Shown here one piece after another: positions 38,605 through 48,643 of a stretch of DNA of 64,000 nucleotides. The position numbers and the translations under genes are program-made. This DNA is from Bdellovibrio sp. (GTDB lineage: Bacteria; Bdellovibrionota; Bdellovibrionia; Bdellovibrionales; Bdellovibrionaceae). The notes beneath the pieces were generated by a model. It was not told where the DNA came from and made no database searches. It worked only from the letters and a program-made list of their open reading frames with translations. Location: contig JAKFCY010000003.1 in assembly GCA_036676395.1 (NCBI GenBank), forward strand, positions 256,001 through 320,000. The letters run 5' to 3'. The first letter of the stretch is position 1, and the number at the start of each line of letters is the position of its first letter.

Positions 38605-40224
38605 TTACTCTTTAGCTTTGTGAGCGATCGGATAACGACGTCCACGCCCAAATGAATGCTCCGACATTTTTAAAATTGGCGGCGCCTGCCATCTTTTAAA
38701 TTCAGTTTTCATCAATTGTTTAATCAACCATTTTTCGGTTTCAGACTTAGCCTGTTTTTTCTTTTCAACAATATTTTGAACCGCTTTATCCAATAATTCA
38801 TACGCTGGCAGGCTGTCTTGGTCTTTTTGATCAGGACGTAATTCTGCACTTGGCGGCCTACGGATAATAAAATCTGGAATGATTTCAATTTCTTTATTGT
38901 AGTGTTCACAAAGATCTACGATTTGTTTTTTTGTTAAATCACCTAATGGCGCAAGCCCACCGCACATGTCTCCGTAAAGAGTCGCGTAGCCGGTGGCATA
39001 TTCTGATTTATTTCCCGTCGTTAATAATAAACTTCCGGTAAAGTTTGAATAAGCCATTAAAAACAAACCACGGATGCGTGATTGTAAATTTTCGTGCATT
39101 AGCCCAAATTGTGAAACTTCAAATTCTTCATCTAAAATCGTTTTGATAAATTCGAAGGTCGATTGAATAGAAATTGATTTTAATTCAGAACCTAAGTTTA
39201 AAGCTAATTGCCTAGCATAGGTCATGCTTAATTCAGCGTTGTACTGCGTGGGCAGCGCGAAGAGCTTAACATTGTTTGAACCAAATGCATCTACTGCAAG
39301 GGCCGCCACTAAAGCTGAATCAATACCGCCTGATAAACCTAAATGAACTTTATTAACACCAATTTTTTGGCCGTAATCTTTTAAGCCAAGAACTAATGCT
39401 TTTCTTAATTCTTCAGTCGGAGAATCAAACTTATGGCTTGGACTCCAAGTTTCTAAAGTGTTTAGATCAATCACGTTTGTGTCTTCGGCAAACGATTGCG
39501 CTTTAAATAAAATTTTATCTTTTGGTGAAACCAAGAAGCTTTGCCCATCGTAAACAATTTCATCCTGAGCGCCGACTAAATTTACATATAACAACGGAGC
39601 TTTAAAATACTTTGCAGTTTGTGTGGCTACAAACTGGCGTTTTTTAAATTTACCCGTGTGAAACGGCGAAGCGCTCATGTTGATAACTAAATCGATTTTC
39701 TTTTTAGGTACTTTTAATATTGGATTTTCAGCATAATCAGAGCCTTCTTTCGTTGGCCACGCCCACATATCTTCACAAATGGTTAAGAAAAATTTTTTCT
39801 TTCCTATTTGAAAGTAGTTTTGCTTCATATCACCTTGTTCAATAAAGCGGGCTTCATCAAATACATCACCTGTCGGCAGTAATTGTTTTCTGAATGTTTT
39901 AACGATTTTATTTTTCTTACATAAAAAGACCGAATTGAAATACGGGCGGCCTTTTTTGTTTTTGTTTTTTTCAAAACCACCCACGAGAACGTGCACGCCT
40001 GCTGGGATCGCTTTTAAAATTTGTTTTAAAGCTTTGTCTTGCTGGGTGATTAAAACTTCGCGTTCTAATAAATCAAATGGGTGATAACCAAAAAGCGAAG
40101 CTTCTGGAAATACAATGAGTTCCGCTTTTTTTTCAGCCAGGGTTTTAATATGGGAAATGATTTTTTCGGCGTTGTAACCGAAATCAGCTAGATTCGAATT
40201 AATTTGTGATAGGGCTATGCGCAT
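38605..40224 (-). CDS. nadE: Glutamine-dependent NAD+ synthetase
   Basis: Nitrilase domain FPE, ICED; GLSGGIDS, TGNKSE, PSAEL. Confidence 0.96.
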   Translation of the reverse strand: MRIALSQINSNLADFGYNAEKIISHIKTLAEKKAELIVFPEASLFGYHPFDLLEREVLITQQDKALKQILKAIPAGVHVLVGGFEKNKNKKGRPYFNSVFLCKKNKIVKTFRKQLLPTGDVFDEARFIEQGDMKQNYFQIGKKKFFLTICEDMWAWPTKEGSDYAENPILKVPKKKIDLVINMSASPFHTGKFKKRQFVATQTAKYFKAPLLYVNLVGAQDEIVYDGQSFLVSPKDKILFKAQSFAEDTNVIDLNTLETWSPSHKFDSPTEELRKALVLGLKDYGQKIGVNKVHLGLSGGIDSALVAALAVDAFGSNNVKLFALPTQYNAELSMTYARQLALNLGSELKSISIQSTFEFIKTILDEEFEVSQFGLMHENLQSRIRGLFLMAYSNFTGSLLLTTGNKSEYATGYATLYGDMCGGLAPLGDLTKKQIVDLCEHYNKEIEIIPDFIIRRPPSAELRPDQKDQDSLPAYELLDKAVQNIVEKKKQAKSETEKWLIKQLMKTEFKRWQAPPILKMSEHSFGRGRRYPIAHKAKE

Positions 40225-40615
40225 GGTGATCCTCACATTGGGCAGCATCTTGTTCTGATATTAGAATACGCCCTGTGAAGCCATCTTGGTAGCCATGTTG
40301 AAACAAAATTTTTGTTTCAGGAAATTTCCAGCAAAAATAACCCGATCCGTTATCAAAATCAGCTAACCATAACCCCTTTGGGCGTAAGCCTAAGCGCTCA
40401 AGTTTGTTTTGCCATTTTTCAATGATTTGATTGATACGAGTCTGAAGATCGCGAGAAGCATCGTTGTGTTTATCTTGTAAGGCTTCTACACAGCCCATAA
40501 GATACTTCACTTCTTTGCTTGAATCTTCAGTAATACGGTAAACTAGGGGTAGAATTTCTTCTGCTTCCGCATATGTGAATAGTCTGTTTTTTTGAACGTT
40601 GAAAATCTCGATCAA
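40199..40615 (-). CDS. DUF2203-like protein
   Basis: FTYAEAEEILP, ADF...YFCWKFPE...H...GFTGR. Confidence 0.8.
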   Translation of the reverse strand: MIEIFNVQKNRLFTYAEAEEILPLVYRITEDSSKEVKYLMGCVEALQDKHNDASRDLQTRINQIIEKWQNKLERLGLRPKGLWLADFDNGSGYFCWKFPETKILFQHGYQDGFTGRILISEQDAAQCEDHHAHSPITN

Positions 40616-40716
40616 TTTGTGTCCCCTGCCAGAAATTTATCTCTCTTTTATTTGCCATCTGAGATAAAGTTTCAACAAGGAAAACTGTGATTGTATATTA
40701 TATAATGACTAAAAAG

Positions 40717-41694
40717 TTAGCTGTCGGAATTCGAGTAATTCATGAGCTGTCCTCCGAAGAAAATAACCAGGGCCACAATAATACCGATAATCAAAAGCCA
40801 CTTCAGCATTTTACCAAATCCCCAGCTTGATTCTTTCGTTTCTTCTATTATGAATTTCTTCTCTGGTGGTGGCTTCACTAAGCCCGAGCGTGGACCACTT
40901 GAACCGCCACCATCGGCCTTAGCAATGGCTCTTGCAGTGACCTTACGTTTGTTCGTGCTGCGTGTAGATTGATTCAACAGCTGCTCTGCGTCTTGTCCTA
41001 ACAATTTGCGTGTACGCGAAGCGTCTCTGTAAATAATACGCGATTGACGGGGCCTGCGCTTACGACCGTTACCACCGGCTTCGTCGCCTTCGCTGTCATC
41101 TTCAATTAATCTAGAACGATTAGAACCTGCGCTAGCATAGCCATCTGCACCTCTGCGGCCCGATCGTTTGATCTGGCCTTCGTCATACGGAGAACTTCCG
41201 CTACCGCCGCCCTTACCTACAGCATCCTTATCTTTATCTGCACCGCCATCTTTGGAAGACTTACTGCTTGCGTTGTCGTTGGCATTCGATGAATCGTTAT
41301 CAGATTTTGATCCAGATTTACCTCCGCTATTTTGACTGGCTTGATTGCTGGTGCTGCCACCAACCGGCGGACGACCATCAGCAATTGTAAAGGGTTTAAA
41401 TCCTGATTCACATTTGTATCCAGAAGTTAAATGTTCTTTTAACCCACTGCCGTCACTAAAACTTGTCGACCCAGATACACCTAATGCAGGTAACTCGCCA
41501 TGCGCCATTAAACATTCAGTATACAAACCTAAATAATTATTTATGAAGGTGTTCATTCCAGTGAACGCACCTTTCATAATAACAATCAGACCCACTGCAA
41601 TTGATACAATTAAAATGTATTCGACGACGGCCTGGCCACTATTGCGACCACGCAAAATCGAACGTCTTGTTTTTACTTCTAGCTCTTGTTTCAC
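40717..41694 (-). CDS. TadE/Flp-type pilin-like protein with low-complexity region and C-terminal TM
   Basis: GQAVVEY prepilin-like motif plus hydrophobic helix. Confidence 0.65.
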   Translation of the reverse strand: MKQELEVKTRRSILRGRNSGQAVVEYILIVSIAVGLIVIMKGAFTGMNTFINNYLGLYTECLMAHGELPALGVSGSTSFSDGSGLKEHLTSGYKCESGFKPFTIADGRPPVGGSTSNQASQNSGGKSGSKSDNDSSNANDNASSKSSKDGGADKDKDAVGKGGGSGSSPYDEGQIKRSGRRGADGYASAGSNRSRLIEDDSEGDEAGGNGRKRRPRQSRIIYRDASRTRKLLGQDAEQLLNQSTRSTNKRKVTARAIAKADGGGSSGPRSGLVKPPPEKKFIIEETKESSWGFGKMLKWLLIIGIIVALVIFFGGQLMNYSNSDS

Positions 41695-41702
41695 CTATGA
41701 AC

Positions 41703-41729
41703 TTATCGGATGATTAGTTCAATTGGTGA
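41703..41729 (-). promoter_or_regulatory. Sigma28-like promoter
   Basis: TCAC-N15-TCCGATAA just upstream of the pilin-like gene. Confidence 0.45.
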
Positions 41730-41734
41730 AAAAT

Positions 41735-42883
41735 ATGAGACGATTTTTATTAGTTTTTTCTAGCGGTATTTGTTTAGTTTGTATCAATATGGCACACGCT
41801 CAGTCTGGTTCGGCGCCACCCTCATCAACTCCGCCTGTACAAGTTACGGTTCCGACCTTTAATCCGGGCAGTCCTCAAGGTGTTCAACAACCTATTCAAA
41901 ATGGAAATTCCGGGGCTCCGGCTACTGGCGCAGCTGCTCCTGTAGGAAAATATTACGAATATCTTTCATACTGTCGCCAGCCTTTAGAATTTAAAAATCC
42001 ATTATCAGATGCAGACTTTGCAATGGCACTTGAACCATTTAAAACAACATTCAACAGCAAAAAAACTTTTCCAAATTTAGAAGCTATGGTTGATTTTCTG
42101 ATCAACGAAACACGTACAAAAGAAGCACGTGCAGTCGTTATTGAAAATAAATCTTTATTGACCGTGGCTCAGGACAAAGCTTTACAGGCACGAATTCTTA
42201 TTGCTGACCGCAAATATCGTGAAGCAATTACTGTTTTAGATTCGGTGCCTGACGAAGGCAAAAATGACTTGCTTGTGCTGGTCGAATATTCGCGGGCTTA
42301 TCGCAAGGTAGACAATTTATTCGAAGCCAAAAGCGCTCTACAGGATGCAATTAAAGTCGATAAAAAACATGGCAACAAATACCTTTTAGATTTATGTATT
42401 TTAGAGACTGAAGACTCAAATCACGCTGAGGTTGACGTGGTTTGCGCGAAAGTTTCAAAGATTTTTCCTAAAGATTATTTATCTTTGATTTACATGGGAA
42501 TTTCACTTCGCGAGAGACTCAATTACAAAGAGGCACAGAAATTATTTGAACGTTCAGCGCAGATTGAAAAGAACGAATTTGCACTATCTTGCTTAGGTGA
42601 AGTTTTTTATTTACAGAAAAATTTTGGTAAAGCGATTGAAGCTTTTAAAGCTGCCACAAACATTGAACCAAAATCCGGACGTGCTCAATTAGGTGCTGCA
42701 CAATCTTTATATCAACTGCTTCGTTACGACGAGGCTTTGCCATATTACATTAAAGCCTGCCAGCTTGATAAATCGTCAGCGACTAGATTTCGTGAGGCCC
42801 AGCAGCCTCTAGAAGCCGCGAAGCTAAAGGTTTCTACGGCTTACTACCAGGGCATCCAGCAATGCGGCGGTATTCGTTATTAA
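41735..42883 (+). CDS. Secreted TPR protein
   Basis: Signal peptide ending AHA; Pro-rich linker; TPR repeats. Confidence 0.8.
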   Translation: MRRFLLVFSSGICLVCINMAHAQSGSAPPSSTPPVQVTVPTFNPGSPQGVQQPIQNGNSGAPATGAAAPVGKYYEYLSYCRQPLEFKNPLSDADFAMALEPFKTTFNSKKTFPNLEAMVDFLINETRTKEARAVVIENKSLLTVAQDKALQARILIADRKYREAITVLDSVPDEGKNDLLVLVEYSRAYRKVDNLFEAKSALQDAIKVDKKHGNKYLLDLCILETEDSNHAEVDVVCAKVSKIFPKDYLSLIYMGISLRERLNYKEAQKLFERSAQIEKNEFALSCLGEVFYLQKNFGKAIEAFKAATNIEPKSGRAQLGAAQSLYQLLRYDEALPYYIKACQLDKSSATRFREAQQPLEAAKLKVSTAYYQGIQQCGGIRY

Positions 42884-44253
42884 ACGATCCCGCCAATAAG
42901 GTCATATTCCATACTTTCAGTAATTTCAACCTGAACGATATCGCCGATTTTAGCTAAGCCATCATTGATTAATACAACACCATCAATTTCAGGAGCTTGC
43001 TGAGATGTACGGCCTTGTAATAACAATTCAGTTTCTTCGCTGTAACCTTCAACTAATACTTCAACTGTTTTACCAATGAAGGCTTCGTGTTTAGCTTTAG
43101 AAATACCTTGTTGAATCGACATTAAAGCATCATGACGGAAGTCTTTGATATGCTCTTCGATTTGGTCAGTCATTTTTCCGCCTGGAGTGTTTTCTTCAGG
43201 CGAATATTTAAAACAACCCACGCGATCAAACTGCTGCTCAGAAACAAATTTTAATAACTCTTCAAAGTTTTCAGCGGTTTCACCGGGAAAGCCCACGATA
43301 AATTGCGTGCGGATAACTGCATCTGGAATTTCAGTGCGGATACGTTTTAACGCGATTTCAATTTCTTCGCGCGTCATCTTACGGTTCATTTTTTTAAGAA
43401 CGTCGTTATTGATGTGTTGTAATGGCATATCGAAATACTTTACGAACTTTTTGTTCGACTTCATTAAATCGATAAGTTCTTGTGTGATTCCATCTGGATA
43501 TAAATACAACATACGGATCCACTGAATACCGTCAACTTCAGCTAGAGCTTTTAATAGCTCGACTGGGGTCTCTTTAGCTGTTGGGTCTTTGCGACGTAAA
43601 TCCCAACCGTAGTCTGTAAAGTCATGGCTGATAATAATTAATTCTTTAACACCGCCAGCAGCCAATAATTTAGCTTCGTTAACGATATTTGGAATTGTAC
43701 GTGATTGTAAGTTACCGCGAATTAATGGAATTGCGCAAAAGGCACAACGCTTCATACAACCTTCAGAAATTTTTAAGTACGCTCTGTGTTTAGGTTGTGA
43801 ATTTACCCGCGGAGTAGTTTCTTCTTGTAAGTAAGTTGGCAAATTAAAGAACGTTTTCTTTTTATCTCCGGCATCGTGGCTTTTTAAAATCTTAGCGATA
43901 TTTTGAAATTCACCGCTGCCAACAAAAAGATCGGCTTCAGGCAAACCTTCAACTAATTCATCTTTATAACGTTGAGTTAAACAACCAGCCACAACAACTT
44001 TTTTGATTTGGCCCTGTTCTTTTAATGCCGTCATATCCAAAATTCTTTGGATAGATTCTTTTTTAGAGTCTTCAATGAAGCCGCAAGTATTTACAACAAC
44101 TGTATCAGCGTCTTCAGCGTCGGCTACAACTTGATAGCCGTCTTTCATTAATGTACCGGCCATGATTTCGCTATCAACCAAGTTCTTAGGACAACCTAAG
44201 CTGATAAAGTGGACTTTTTTAGGGGCAGTTTCTGGAGTTATTTTTTGGCTCAT
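42880..44253 (-). CDS. rimO: Ribosomal protein S12 methylthiotransferase RimO
   Basis: SLGCPKNLVDSE, NTCGFI, CxxxCxxC, QAPEIDG. Confidence 0.97.
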   Translation of the reverse strand: MSQKITPETAPKKVHFISLGCPKNLVDSEIMAGTLMKDGYQVVADAEDADTVVVNTCGFIEDSKKESIQRILDMTALKEQGQIKKVVVAGCLTQRYKDELVEGLPEADLFVGSGEFQNIAKILKSHDAGDKKKTFFNLPTYLQEETTPRVNSQPKHRAYLKISEGCMKRCAFCAIPLIRGNLQSRTIPNIVNEAKLLAAGGVKELIIISHDFTDYGWDLRRKDPTAKETPVELLKALAEVDGIQWIRMLYLYPDGITQELIDLMKSNKKFVKYFDMPLQHINNDVLKKMNRKMTREEIEIALKRIRTEIPDAVIRTQFIVGFPGETAENFEELLKFVSEQQFDRVGCFKYSPEENTPGGKMTDQIEEHIKDFRHDALMSIQQGISKAKHEAFIGKTVEVLVEGYSEETELLLQGRTSQQAPEIDGVVLINDGLAKIGDIVQVEITESMEYDLIGGIV

Positions 44254-44933
44254 TGGCTTACGACCTCATCAGATTTAAGAGCATTGTATTTAAATAGTTT
44301 AGAAGAAATTTCTGTAGTGAAGCTGGGCTTTTCAAAATTGATTTGAATTTCAGAGCCCACATCGTCTGTATAAGAAAGCTGAGTTAACGTTTTATCTTCT
44401 TTTGAAAAAGACAGCGTCATATCTTTTAACGTTTTAGCTTTGTCTTCAAGTTTTAGGATTAAAGACTTTTTGTCGCTAGAAACTGTTTTGGTTTTAAAAT
44501 TTGCAAAAAACCTTTTTGGCTGGCCAAACAAATCTGACAACAAACCTAATTGATTTTTACTGTTCACCTTTAAGAAAATAACTTTTCTTTTGCCGTCTGG
44601 ATCAAGTTCTTGATCCGGGTAGGCGATTAAGTAAGCCTTTTTGCCATCAAAAATCATTTCTGATTTTTTTTCGCCCTCAACAGATAAGTTCAATTTGCCC
44701 AATTGATGAGTCATGACACCTTTATCAGTTGTTTTCGTGCCCAAAACTTTTTTTTCGGTTTGCATTTCAAGTTTGATTTGCACACCAGATTTTTGATTAT
44801 ATTTTTGCAAGATCTTTTCAGCTTGTGCTTGATCACTAACGGCTTTTTTTGCTAACGCCAGTGATGTGAACGGCATTAATAACATAGCCGGCAACAAAAC
44901 AAAAAATAGACGAATTTGAGAGAGAAATTTCAT
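44250..44933 (-). CDS. LolA-like lipoprotein carrier
   Basis: Signal peptide; FDGK, D..G...I.F, LFKY pattern. Confidence 0.7.
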   Translation of the reverse strand: MKFLSQIRLFFVLLPAMLLMPFTSLALAKKAVSDQAQAEKILQKYNQKSGVQIKLEMQTEKKVLGTKTTDKGVMTHQLGKLNLSVEGEKKSEMIFDGKKAYLIAYPDQELDPDGKRKVIFLKVNSKNQLGLLSDLFGQPKRFFANFKTKTVSSDKKSLILKLEDKAKTLKDMTLSFSKEDKTLTQLSYTDDVGSEIQINFEKPSFTTEISSKLFKYNALKSDEVVSQ

Positions 44934-44952
44934 GCTCTTGGTATATCAGATT

Positions 44953-45633
44953 TTACTCAAATTCGATAGTCATAGTTTCTCGCCGAAACGCAGTCCAGAG
45001 TTCGATGTTTTTGGGACACACTTTTAATGTTTTTAAAACGTTATAAGCCGCCTCATACGAGGCCCCCGTAGTCATGACATCATCTACGACAACGATCGTC
45101 TGGCCTGAACGCATTTGCTCTGTAAATTCTTCATTCAGATTAAAGCTAATTTTACGCCGTTGTTCTTTGGTTTTCGTCTTTTGCTCAGTGACATCCGCAG
45201 TGTCGATCCTTAATAAAGGCAGCACCGATCCACCACATTGTTCTGCTAAAGCCTGTGCAAAAAACAGCGAATGTTTGCGGTTTTTGCGACTTGGAATCGG
45301 TATAAAAATAATTTTTCGGTCTATTGAAATTTCTTTTAGCGAAATAAAATAACGGGCAATTTCACACCACAACGGTTCGGCGATCGGAGACTTTAACAGA
45401 TAGACGTATTTTGAAAGAATATCGCTTGCTCCAGGAATCCATTTAAACAAATAGCGAAACCGTAAGCCGGATTTTTCTAATTCTTCGGCTTGGTCTGCTG
45501 ACGCTAAATACTGATCTAAAATATGATATTCGCACTTTAAACAAAGTCCGCGAGCATGCACGACCAAGGATCCGCAGCCGACACAATCAATGATCCATAA
45601 CCGATAAAGCCAAAAACGTAAATTCTTCCACAT
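44953..45633 (-). CDS. ComF-family phosphoribosyltransferase-like protein
   Basis: CxxC...CxxC; IPIP; VVDDVMTTGAS. Confidence 0.85.
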   Translation of the reverse strand: MWKNLRFWLYRLWIIDCVGCGSLVVHARGLCLKCEYHILDQYLASADQAEELEKSGLRFRYLFKWIPGASDILSKYVYLLKSPIAEPLWCEIARYFISLKEISIDRKIIFIPIPSRKNRKHSLFFAQALAEQCGGSVLPLLRIDTADVTEQKTKTKEQRRKISFNLNEEFTEQMRSGQTIVVVDDVMTTGASYEAAYNVLKTLKVCPKNIELWTAFRRETMTIEFE

Positions 45634-45670
45634 CGTGTGGTAGAACTTTGCAATTATTTGGCCGGATTAA

Positions 45671-46141
45671 TTAAATATTGTGATACGGAATGCGTTTGAT
45701 AATTGTAAAACCGCGATAGATTTGTTCAAGCGCTACAGTTTCAGCGACTAAATGATTCATCACCATTTTTGAGAGTGAAACTTTAAGCTGAGCGCGACTT
45801 TTTACATCCTCAGAAACGCCAAACGCCCCACCGATAATAAACACTAAACGTTTTTTACCAGACATTTGTGCGGCTTCGATTTGTTTTGAAAACTGAATGG
45901 AATCCAGATCTTTGCCTTTTTCATCAAATAAAATTACATAATCGTCGTTTGTGATTTTTTTTAGTAAATCTTCTGATTCTTGTTTTTTCTTTGCGGCCGC
46001 ATCATCACGATCGGATTTAGATGATTTCAACGAAACCACCTCGAATGGGATATAGGGATTTAATTTTTTAGTGTAAGTGGCAACCGCATGATCAAACCAT
46101 TCTTCTTTGGCTGTTTTGAAGTCAAATAGAACGGCTTTCAT
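45671..46141 (-). CDS. rlmH: 23S rRNA pseudouridine-1915 methyltransferase RlmH
   Basis: DEKG, FIIGGAFG, EQIYRG..I....PYH. Confidence 0.95.
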   Translation of the reverse strand: MKAVLFDFKTAKEEWFDHAVATYTKKLNPYIPFEVVSLKSSKSDRDDAAAKKKQESEDLLKKITNDDYVILFDEKGKDLDSIQFSKQIEAAQMSGKKRLVFIIGGAFGVSEDVKSRAQLKVSLSKMVMNHLVAETVALEQIYRGFTIIKRIPYHNI

Positions 46142-46143
46142 AA

Positions 46144-47163
46144 TTATTTTGATCCGGTTTTATCAGTAAGAGTAAACTCTTTACCGTCTTTCCAAAGTTC
46201 TTCCATACGGTATTCTTGACGAACGAAATCGTAGAATAAATGGACGATCAATGGACCGTAATCCACAACAACCCAACGGCCTTCATCAACACCTTCAACC
46301 CCTTGTGGGTAAACGTTGAATTCTTCTTTAACGGCCTGAATTAAGTTTTCAGCCATTGAAGCCGCATGACGCGTGCTCGTGCCTGAAGCGATTAATGTAT
46401 AGTCTGTTGTTGTCGAAGTTTCGCGAATATCGTAACCACGAACCGCGATGCCTTTTTTATCAAATAAAACCTGAGCGCAGAAATCAGTAAATTTTTTGTA
46501 ATCGCTGATTTTAGCATTCGCTACGCGGTAAAGTTTGTGTTCTTTGATATAGCTTTCTACCGCTAGTGGTAAAAACTTATCAACAGGACGGCCAACTCGT
46601 AATTTTTTGCGCAATTCAGAAGATGCGATATCTAAATCTTGTAAAGTTAAGAATTCTATTGAACGGCCAGTTGTTAATTCAACTGCGCCAAAGTCACTTT
46701 CAGCAACTAAACCTGATAAAAATGCCGGAAACTCGTTTTCAGTTTCTGGAATTTGGTAACCCGGACGAGTTGTTACAACAATATTTACTTCAGAAAGAAT
46801 TTTTTTATAGTCTTTCCATTCGTTTAACGTTTCAAAATTATCTGCACCGATGATTAGGTATAAATCTTTTGATTCGTAAGTTTTACGTAATTCTTTGATT
46901 GTATCGATTGTGTAGCTTTTGCCACCGCGTTTTAATTCGATATCATCAATGTAGAAAGCATTGCCATAAGTAGCAAATGCCAACTGCGCCATTTTTAAAC
47001 GGTGTTCGTCGGCCGCTGTTTCTGTCGGAACTTTTAATGGATTTTGACTGTTTGGGATAATGTGGATTTTATCAAAACCCATCTTTTTTTGTACGGTTGT
47101 TAAGCTGTTAACGTGACCATTATGGGGAGGATTAAAACTTCCTCCGAAAATTCCGATTTTCAT
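46144..47163 (-). CDS. nadD: NadD-RsfS fusion
   Basis: GGSFNPPHNGH...YIKEHKLY, then DKKG...IASG.S.RH...WVVVDYG...RQEYRME.LW. Confidence 0.92.
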   Translation of the reverse strand: MKIGIFGGSFNPPHNGHVNSLTTVQKKMGFDKIHIIPNSQNPLKVPTETAADEHRLKMAQLAFATYGNAFYIDDIELKRGGKSYTIDTIKELRKTYESKDLYLIIGADNFETLNEWKDYKKILSEVNIVVTTRPGYQIPETENEFPAFLSGLVAESDFGAVELTTGRSIEFLTLQDLDIASSELRKKLRVGRPVDKFLPLAVESYIKEHKLYRVANAKISDYKKFTDFCAQVLFDKKGIAVRGYDIRETSTTTDYTLIASGTSTRHAASMAENLIQAVKEEFNVYPQGVEGVDEGRWVVVDYGPLIVHLFYDFVRQEYRMEELWKDGKEFTLTDKTGSK

Positions 47164-47166
47164 TCT

Positions 47167-48228
47167 CTATACCTGTTCTTTATCAGTGTCGTTGTCTTTA
47201 ATTTTTGAAGCTAAGACTTTTTCAGCAAGCACTTGTAAAAGCTCGTTAATGTTCTTACCCGTAACGCCTGAAATAGCGTAACCAGTTACATTAAATTTCT
47301 TTTTAAATTGCTGTTTAATTTTTTCAAGTTGATCTGCTGATAACAAATCAATTTTGTTAAATACTAAAATTTGTTCGCGCGATGATAACGGAAAAAATCC
47401 GTCTTTGTCTTTGCTCATCTCATCGTATTTTTCGATTTCAAAATTGATATCTTGGTAATCTTGAAGCGGATCACGGCCACTCATGCCAGATACATCCACG
47501 ATATGAACAAATAAACTAGTGCGTTCAATATGTTTTAAAAATTGAATTCCTAAGCCGACACCTAAATGCGCGCCTTTAATTAAACCTGGGATATCAGCTA
47601 CTACGAAATTTGAATAATCGCCCACTTTAACAACGCCTAAGTTTGGCGTTAAAGTTGTAAATGGATAATCAGCAATTTTAGGTTTAGCTGCAGAAATACG
47701 AGAAATTAATGTTGATTTACCTGCATTCGGAAAACCAATAATACCCACATCAGCAATAAGCTTAAGTTCTAAAATGATTTCTTTAGTGTGGTTGTCTTCG
47801 CCCGGTTGAGCATATTCAGGGGCTTGGTTTACGCTGGTTTTAAAAAACGCATTACCTTTACCGCCACGGCCACCTTGTAAGAAATTGATCTCATTAAGTT
47901 CAGTTAAATCAAACATAACATCATTTGTTTCAGCATCACGAATGATTGTTCCTTCTGGAACGATCATCACGATGTCAGCGCCATGATGGCCTGAACAATT
48001 CGATGCACCACCGTTTTGGCCATTTTCAGCGTGATATTTTTTATAAGGCTTATAGTCGACTAAAGAGTTGATGTGCTTAGAGGTTTTAAAGATAACATCG
48101 CCGCCTTTACCGCCATCGCCGCCATCTGGGCCACCACGAGGAGCAAAAGATTCACGACGGAACGTAACAGCACCCGGGCCACCACGACCAGAAGCAACAG
48201 TGATTTTAACTTCATCAACAAATTTCAT
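47167..48228 (-). CDS. obgE: GTPase ObgE
   Basis: MKFVDE, Gly-rich Obg domain, GFPNAGKS, YPFTTL, DIPG, NKID. Confidence 0.98.
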   Translation of the reverse strand: MKFVDEVKITVASGRGGPGAVTFRRESFAPRGGPDGGDGGKGGDVIFKTSKHINSLVDYKPYKKYHAENGQNGGASNCSGHHGADIVMIVPEGTIIRDAETNDVMFDLTELNEINFLQGGRGGKGNAFFKTSVNQAPEYAQPGEDNHTKEIILELKLIADVGIIGFPNAGKSTLISRISAAKPKIADYPFTTLTPNLGVVKVGDYSNFVVADIPGLIKGAHLGVGLGIQFLKHIERTSLFVHIVDVSGMSGRDPLQDYQDINFEIEKYDEMSKDKDGFFPLSSREQILVFNKIDLLSADQLEKIKQQFKKKFNVTGYAISGVTGKNINELLQVLAEKVLASKIKDNDTDKEQV

Positions 48229-48232
48229 ATGT

Positions 48233-48280
48233 CCTTTGCGTGCCTTCGGCACGACCCCTTTGCATGCCTTCGGCATGACG
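48233..48280. repeat. Tandem 24-bp palindromic REP-like repeat (2 copies)
   Basis: cctttgcgtgccttcggcacgacc / cctttgcatgccttcggcatgacg. Confidence 0.85.
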
Positions 48281-48296
48281 AGACTCGATTTAAACA

Positions 48297-48323
48297 ATAA
48301 AAAAGGAGCCTTCAAGGGCTCCC
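48297..48323 (-). terminator. Intrinsic terminator after rpmA
   Basis: ggagcc...ggctcc stem plus T-run on the minus strand. Confidence 0.75.
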
Positions 48324-48355
48324 TCTTTATGCGAATGTTGTAATTGAACTACTTA

Positions 48356-48616
48356 TTACGCAGTTTTTGGGTAAACGCTAACTTTAAATTTATCTTTCGA
48401 AAATCTTTCAAATTTAACGTGACCTAAAATCACAGCGTAAATCGTGTGATCACGGCCCATTTTTACGTTGTTACCAACATGGAATTTTGTACCACGTTGA
48501 CGGATGATAATTGTTCCTGATTGCACTAATTGGCCACCGAAACGTTTAACACCTAGACTCTTTGCCTGTGAATCCCGACCATTCTTGGTACTACCACCAG
48601 CTTTTTTACTTGCCAT
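48356..48616 (-). CDS. rpmA: 50S ribosomal protein L27
   Basis: [23 protein letters not shown]. Confidence 0.98.
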   Translation of the reverse strand: MASKKAGGSTKNGRDSQAKSLGVKRFGGQLVQSGTIIIRQRGTKFHVGNNVKMGRDHTIYAVILGHVKFERFSKDKFKVSVYPKTA

Positions 48617-48643
48617 TGTATACTCCGATTTCTCTTAAATTAA

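Noticed and set aside
48233..48280. Possible CRISPR repeats
   Set aside because: Only two abutting units, no spacers, no cas genes
48229..48315. N-terminal extension of ObgE (similarly Mdh, Ndk, SucC, NadE in the ORF track)
   Set aside because: Canonical starts lie downstream; the ObgE and Ndk extensions cover repeat or untranslated sequence
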